Shown piece after piece: positions 58,826-64,000 of a DNA stretch of 64,000 bases. The position numbers and the translations under genes are program-made. The notes beneath the pieces are model-generated. The model saw nothing but the letters and a program-made list of their open reading frames with translations. It had not been told where the DNA came from and ran no database searches. The first letter of the stretch is position 1. Each line of letters starts with the position of its first letter. Origin of the DNA: Candidatus Multivorans sp. (GTDB lineage Bacteria > Acidobacteriota > Thermoanaerobaculia > Multivoradales > Multivoraceae); NCBI GenBank assembly GCA_965247095.1, contig OZ251997.1, forward strand, positions 2,816,001-2,880,000. The letters are read 5' to 3'.

Positions 58826-58893
58826 AGGCTCAACCTCATCCGCATCGGCTCTCCTTCTTGGGTTGGGAACGGTTCATGTTAGCCGCCCGTGAC

Positions 58894-59152
58894 AACGCGG
58901 GCGTCTCACCCGCATCCGGCCTCCGCCCTGGGAACCCGGGTGGCGCGATCCGCGCCACCCGTGAACCACTCAGTGCGCCCGTCATCGGGCGCACGGATGG
59001 AACCCGGGCGTCTCGCCCGCATCCGGCCTCCGCCCTGGGAACCCGGGTGGCGCGATCCGCGCCATCCGCGAACCACTCAGTGCGCCCGTCATCGGGCGCA
59101 CGGATGGAACCCGGGCGTCTCGCCCGCATCAAGCGCGATGCCGCGAAGCGGC
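58894..59152 (+). repeat. Tandem array of the REP-like element, 107-bp period (C-A-B-C-A-B-C-D)
   Basis: Units start at 58894, 59001 and 59108 and are near-identical. Confidence 0.92.
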
Positions 59153-59175
59153 TGGTACGAGCCCCGGACCGTTTC

Positions 59176-59391
59176 CTAAACGGCCACCGGCGTCAGGCTG
59201 AACACGCGGGCATGCCTGGACGCCGTCTTCAGGTCGCCTCGACGTAGGGCCTGCCGCACGTCGTCGAGACGATACGCATCCTCCAGAGACAGATGCGGCG
59301 ACCATTCTTCGGGCTCTTCCAGCAGTTCGACATCTACTTCCGCGACGTACTTTCCCTCGTGAACGAGCTTCGTGCGTTTGGTTCGTTTCAT
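59176..59391 (-). CDS. Small partner protein of DUF4258 (putative antitoxin)
   Basis: TKLVHEGKYVAEVDVEL..WSPHLSLEDAYRLDDVRQALRRGD; ATGA overlap. Confidence 0.75.
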   Translation of the reverse strand: MKRTKRTKLVHEGKYVAEVDVELLEEPEEWSPHLSLEDAYRLDDVRQALRRGDLKTASRHARVFSLTPVAV

Positions 59392-59711
59392 CTCCGTCTC
59401 CGCCGGAACCCGGGTTCCCATCTCTCGGGATCAGGTAAGTATGCCGTAATCAACACCGCCGGGCCTTCCTGGCGGGCGGGAAGCCCCCACACCGTGTGGA
59501 CTAAACGTCCATCATAGGTTCTCTGGAACAGCAGGACGCACGGTCCCTTCGGGTAGTTCGGATAGTCCTCAATCACCTCGGCTGCGGCCACACCCCCTAC
59601 GATCTCCCTGGCCAGGAGTCCATCGGCGGCGAGTTCGTCGTAACCGTGCTCCGAGATCCTGACCTTGCCTTCGGCGACGAGGGTCCTTATGCGGTCGAAT
59701 GTGCTAGTCAC
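59388..59711 (-). CDS. DUF4258 protein (putative RelE-like toxin)
   Basis: RISEHGYDEL, EVIEDYPNYPKGPCVL, HTVWG, LITAYLPDPERW. Confidence 0.85.
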   Translation of the reverse strand: MTSTFDRIRTLVAEGKVRISEHGYDELAADGLLAREIVGGVAAAEVIEDYPNYPKGPCVLLFQRTYDGRLVHTVWGLPARQEGPAVLITAYLPDPERWEPGFRRRRR

Positions 59712-59766
59712 GACTCATTCTCAGCTACTTCGCTGCGGCTGACCACTGTGAACTGGAGGAATCGCC

Positions 59767-60783
59767 GTGTCAACGGAACACAACTGCCGGCGTCGCCGAC
59801 CTTTCGCTTGCGCCGGTTTCGTCGCCTTCCTAGTCATCACGTTCGCCGCCACGAGCCTCCCCGCCCAGAACCTCGCCTGGCAGGAACTCCCCGACATGCC
59901 GGCCGGCAAGTGGGAAGCAGCAACCACCGTGGTCGACGGGAAGTTCTACCTGTTCGCCGGCTACGAAGGCCGGGTCCGGTCGAGCAAACGGGTCGACGTG
60001 TTCGACCCGGCGGACGGAAGTTGGACGCGGATCCAGGACATGCCGAGTGCGGTCACGCACCTGAATGCGGTCCTGGACGGCCGCACGGTGTGGTTCGCCG
60101 GCGGTTTCAAGGACGGCTACAAGGGCCACGCGATTGCGGAGGTCTGGAGCTACGACCTGGACCAGGACCGCTACACCGCCGCGCCGCTCCTTCCCGAACC
60201 TCGCGCCGGCGGCGGTCTGGCGCTGATCGGCCGCAAGCTGCACTACATGGGCGGCCTCATGGCCGACCGCGACACCGACTCAGGAGACCACTGGGTGCTC
60301 GACTTGGACGACTGGGCGGCGGGATCGGCGAGCTGGCAGGACGCGGCGCCGATGCCCGACCCGCGCAACCAGTTCTCAGCAGTCGCGCTGGGGAATCGCA
60401 TCTACGCGGTCGGCGGCCAGTACCACCACGACAGCGTGCAGCTCGACCAGCCGCGGGTCGACATCTACGACGCCGACACCGATTCCTGGCGCCGCGGGCC
60501 TGACCTGCCAAAGGGCCACTCCCACGGCGAGGCCGGCACCTTCGTCCACGAGGGCAGGGTCGTCATGGTCGGCGGCCACACGACCCCGGCCGGCGGCACG
60601 AAGTCGATCGACCCGGACATCCTGGTCCTGGAGCCGGGCGGCGAGTGGGAGCTGTTCGGCAAGCTGCCGATGCCGCTGTCGTCGCCCGCCGCCGCGATCA
60701 TCGGCGGCCGGCTCTACGCCGCCGGCGGCTCGGCCACAGGCCGCGGCGCCCAGGCGAAGATGTGGGTGGCTGATCTGCCGTGA
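59767..60783 (+). CDS. Secreted Kelch-repeat beta-propeller
   Basis: Six repeats with GG motif, YDP/YDL and W..LPDMP; signal peptide. Confidence 0.9.
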   Translation: MSTEHNCRRRRPFACAGFVAFLVITFAATSLPAQNLAWQELPDMPAGKWEAATTVVDGKFYLFAGYEGRVRSSKRVDVFDPADGSWTRIQDMPSAVTHLNAVLDGRTVWFAGGFKDGYKGHAIAEVWSYDLDQDRYTAAPLLPEPRAGGGLALIGRKLHYMGGLMADRDTDSGDHWVLDLDDWAAGSASWQDAAPMPDPRNQFSAVALGNRIYAVGGQYHHDSVQLDQPRVDIYDADTDSWRRGPDLPKGHSHGEAGTFVHEGRVVMVGGHTTPAGGTKSIDPDILVLEPGGEWELFGKLPMPLSSPAAAIIGGRLYAAGGSATGRGAQAKMWVADLP

Positions 60784-60785
60784 GC

Positions 60786-61049
60786 CTAGCCGCCGCGTTG
60801 GTGCCAGAGTTCCTCGTCAGTCTCTCGGAACGACCCAACGGCGCGTTCGAACTCCCTGAACTCGTCCTCGGTCCACGAACCGGCCAGTCGACGAAGTCCG
60901 TTTCCCGGCTCTGTCTTTTCTGAGAGGCCGAGAGCCTCTCGCAGGAGAGCAAGCACGGTCCTGTTGAGCGACAGGCCCTTCTGAAGCGCTTCCGCCTCAA
61001 GGGCGGCCGCGAGATCCGGCGACACGTTTCGAATCGTCATCGTCTTCAT
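60786..61049 (-). CDS. Orphan FitA-like/RHH antitoxin
   Basis: MKTMTIRNV..EA..GLSLNRTVLALL..LAGSWT..DEELW; no downstream toxin. Confidence 0.8.
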   Translation of the reverse strand: MKTMTIRNVSPDLAAALEAEALQKGLSLNRTVLALLREALGLSEKTEPGNGLRRLAGSWTEDEFREFERAVGSFRETDEELWHQRGG

Positions 61050-61137
61050 TGGGCCTCCTTCCGCGGGCGCGGTCGCAACGACGCAGTCTGTGCGGTCACT
61101 TCGCGGACTGCAAGCTGGCTTGAGAGTCGTCGCTGCC

Positions 61138-63877
61138 CTACTCGGCCTCCAGCGCTTGACGAGGATCTGCGCGAGAGGCCCGGCGGGCCGGGAGGTAAGA
61201 GGCCATCACGGCGATCGTCAGGAGCACCAGCGCCGCGGCGGCGAACGCCAGCGGGTCGCGCGGCGTCCGGTCGTCGAAGAGCAGCGGCTCGACGAACTTG
61301 CCGGCCCACAGCGCCACGAGCGCACCAGCCACGACACCGGCCGCCGCGAGCGAGACGCCGCGCGTCAGCACCATGCGCAGGAGATTGGGACCGGCGGGCG
61401 CCCAGGGCGCGCCGGATGCCGAACTCCAACTCGCGCTGGCGCACGCCGAAGGCGATGACGGCATAGAGCCCGATGGCGGCGAGCAGGACTGCCAGGAGGG
61501 CGGAGGCGGCGAACAAACGCGTTCCGGCTCTCCAGGTGCGGATTCGCGACGCGAAGACGGTGGAGAGGTTCTTGACGTGGTAGCCCGGCAGTTCCGGAAA
61601 CAGCTCGGCCAGGGCGCGAAGCACCGGTGCCACAACGCGCCCCGGGTTTCCGCCGGTGCGGGCGATCAGCGAACGCTGAATACTCCTCCAGCCGGCTAGC
61701 GCGGGGTCGGAGGATGTCTGGGAGATGGGCAGGTAGTAGACGGGGTCCCGATCGCTCTCCAGCACACCCCAATCTGCTGCGGGTTCCACCACGCCGACCA
61801 CCGTCGTACAGTCGGCGGCGCTGCCGACGAACAGACAACGGCCGACGGCGCTCTGACCGGGCCAGGCCTGCTGGGCGAACGACGGATTGACGACCGCGAC
61901 CTTCCGCGTGCCTTCGCGGTCCCACTCCGTGAAGCCACGCCCTTCCCGAATGTCCAGACCGGCGACGTCAAAGAAGTTGGCCGTCGTGAGATTCACATGG
62001 GGGCCGTAGCGGAACGGCAGGCGGTCGAGCCCCTCGATTCGCAGGTCTCCGTACGCTGCACCACCACCCCCCATCGGTGAACTCGTTCCCTGTGCAACAT
62101 CCAGCACCTCCGGCACACCCCTCACGCGGTCCTCCATGGCATGGATTGCGCTCTCGTCGAGCGGTGCGCCGCCCAGGCCATCCAGGCGGGTGTCACCGTG
62201 AAAGCTCCCCAGTGTCACCGTGAGCAGGTGTTCCTTCGCATAGCCGACGTCCACCTGGCGCGCCGCTTCGAATGAACGGTAGAACACGGCCGTCCCGCTG
62301 AGCAGGACCACCGACAGCGCGGCCTGGACCACGATCAGGCCGGTGCGGACGGGCGTCCCGAGCGCGCGGGCGCCCCGCGAGCTGTCGAGCTTCTCGATTC
62401 CCCGGCTGCGCGCCGCGTACAGGCCAGGGGCCAGGGCTGCCACCAGGCCGATCCCAAGCACGGCGATTCCGGTGAAACCGATCGCCGTGACGCCCAGCGG
62501 ATCTTCGGCCCACTTGTGATCTGGCAAGAGCGTGCGGCGAAGGGCGTCGCCGGTGACCGCGGCAACGGCCAGCGCCGCAATGCCGGAGAGGGCGGCGAGT
62601 ACCAGACTCTCGATCACCAGGAGACGTCCGATTCCCCATCGTCCCAGGCCGAGCGCGTAGCGCACCGCCAACTCGCGTCGCCTGGCAGCGACCCGCAGCA
62701 TCAGCAGGTTCGACATGTTGACGGCCGCGATGAGGAGCACCACAAGGGCGATCCCGCCTGCGATAAGCGGCAGGCGCATGTGGCGCCGCAGCGTGGTGGG
62801 GCCGCGGGTTCGAAGTATCGGGCCCAGAGCCACGGTCGCCTCCGGGTCCAGGGAGTCCGAGAACCGCGAGCCGGCACGCGCCGCCCGGACGGCGGCCGTC
62901 GCCGCGGCGCCAGCGGCCTCCTCCGTCGCCCCAGGCGCCAGCCGTACGAATGGAGTGAGGTAGAAGGTGGTTCCGTATCGTCTCCAACTGTTCCCTCGGC
63001 TGGCTGTTGCCGCGTGTTCGAGAGGCAGCCACACGTCGACCGCGTTGGAGCGGGGCCCGGAGAAGCCGGGCGGCATCACGCCGACGACGAGGTAGGTGAT
63101 GTCGTCGAAGCTGAGCGTTACGCCGAGTGCTTCTTCTGCGCTGCCGAACCGCTGCCGCCGGTAGCCGTCGCTGATCACGGCGACGGGTTGCGCCGCCAGG
63201 TCGTCGTCCCCGGCAGCGATCAGCCTTCCGACCGTTGGAGCCACGCCAAGGAAGTCGAGGAACTCTCCCGTGACCCAGGAGACCCTGAGGGTCTCGGCGC
63301 GCTGGCCGCGTCCGTTCGTTCTGAACGAGACTCTGTGGCCCGCGACGCCGTCGATCAGTGCGTTGTCGGCGCTCAGCGCGGTGAAGTCGAGCCACTGCAT
63401 CGCGTCGATTACCCAGGTTCGTCCCGTGGAGGCGCCGCGATCGTCTGGATCGACGCGCTCGCGGAGCCAGACGCGATGGACGCCGTCCGGGTCCTCGATG
63501 TGGGGCGGCGCCTGGAGAAAGAGGCGGGACAGCATCTCGTACATCGGGGCATTGAGTCCGATGCCGAGCGCCAGGGTGAGGACGACGGCGCACGTGTAGC
63601 CGATGTTGCGTCGCATCATCCGGAATGCGGAACCGATGTCCTTGAGGAAGCGCTCCACGGGCGCCCAGCCCCAGGTTTCCCGCGTCAGTTCGCGAATCAG
63701 CGTGACGTTGCCGAAGTTGCGCCGTGCCTCGGCGTGGGCCTGATCGGGAGGCTGCCCGGCATCTATCCGTTCTTCCGTCTCTTCGGCGAGATGGAAGTGG
63801 ATCTCTTCTTCGAGTTCGGCGTCCCTCCGTGGGCGATCCCAGACCGAACGCAGGCGAAACCGGAACTGCTTCAGCAT
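61138..63877 (-). CDS. ADOP-type ABC permease (duplicated MacB_PCD/FtsX), +1 frameshift at about 61395
   Basis: LEEEIHFHL, VLTLALGIGLN, RRRELAVRYALG, EFGIRRALGA; the C-terminus NLLRMVL..PARRASRADPRQALEAE is in another frame. Confidence 0.88.
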
Positions 63878-63890
63878 CGGGTTTGCCGTG

Positions 63891-64000
63891 CTACTCCGCC
63901 TCCAACGCCTGACGGGGATCGGCGCGAGCAGCCCGACGGGCCGGGAGGTACGAGGCCAACACGGCGATCGTCAGGAGCACCAGCGCCGCGGCGGCGAACG
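63891..64000 (-). CDS. 3' end of another ADOP permease (partial)
   Basis: AAAALVLLTIAVLASYLPARRAARADPRQALEAE*, nearly identical to 61138-61250. Confidence 0.85.
   Translation of the reverse strand, partial: FAAAALVLLTIAVLASYLPARRAARADPRQALEAE

Noticed and set aside
58894-59152. Possible CRISPR array
   Set aside because: Units repeat in full with no unique spacers, the period is 107 bp, no cas genes are present, and the same modules are dispersed elsewhere.
1-64000. tRNA, rRNA, riboswitch, integrase or prophage genes
   Set aside because: None recognised by eye; a covariance-model search (Infernal/Rfam, tRNAscan-SE) is needed to exclude small RNAs.

Overview
High-GC bacterial window. Tandem ADOP-type permeases, an Oar-like TonB receptor, DUF5916/DUF3604 proteins and a wHTH-TPR regulator suggest Acidobacteria (inference). 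It is an accessory region of secreted hydrolases, transporters and many toxin-antitoxin modules. I saw no rRNA, tRNA or CRISPR array. Main signals: (1) a candidate secreted selenoprotein at 42335-44140, with an in-frame UGA in a UxC motif, a SECIS-like hairpin and a C-terminal DsbD-alpha-like domain, which the ORF track splits in two; (2) a P1B heavy-metal ATPase fused to an HflK-like SPFH domain, in an operon with a His-rich permease, HflC, HflK and a small membrane protein; (3) an AT-richer GHKL kinase / STAS (DUF4325) / PIN three-gene module; (4) a modular multi-hairpin REP-like repeat at 9 loci, 8 in the same orientation and 3 inside coding regions; (5) repeated collapse or inactivation of toxins and other genes by internal deletion, including a duplicated hsdM-hicAB unit. 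Family calls come from motif recognition only; no database searches were run.
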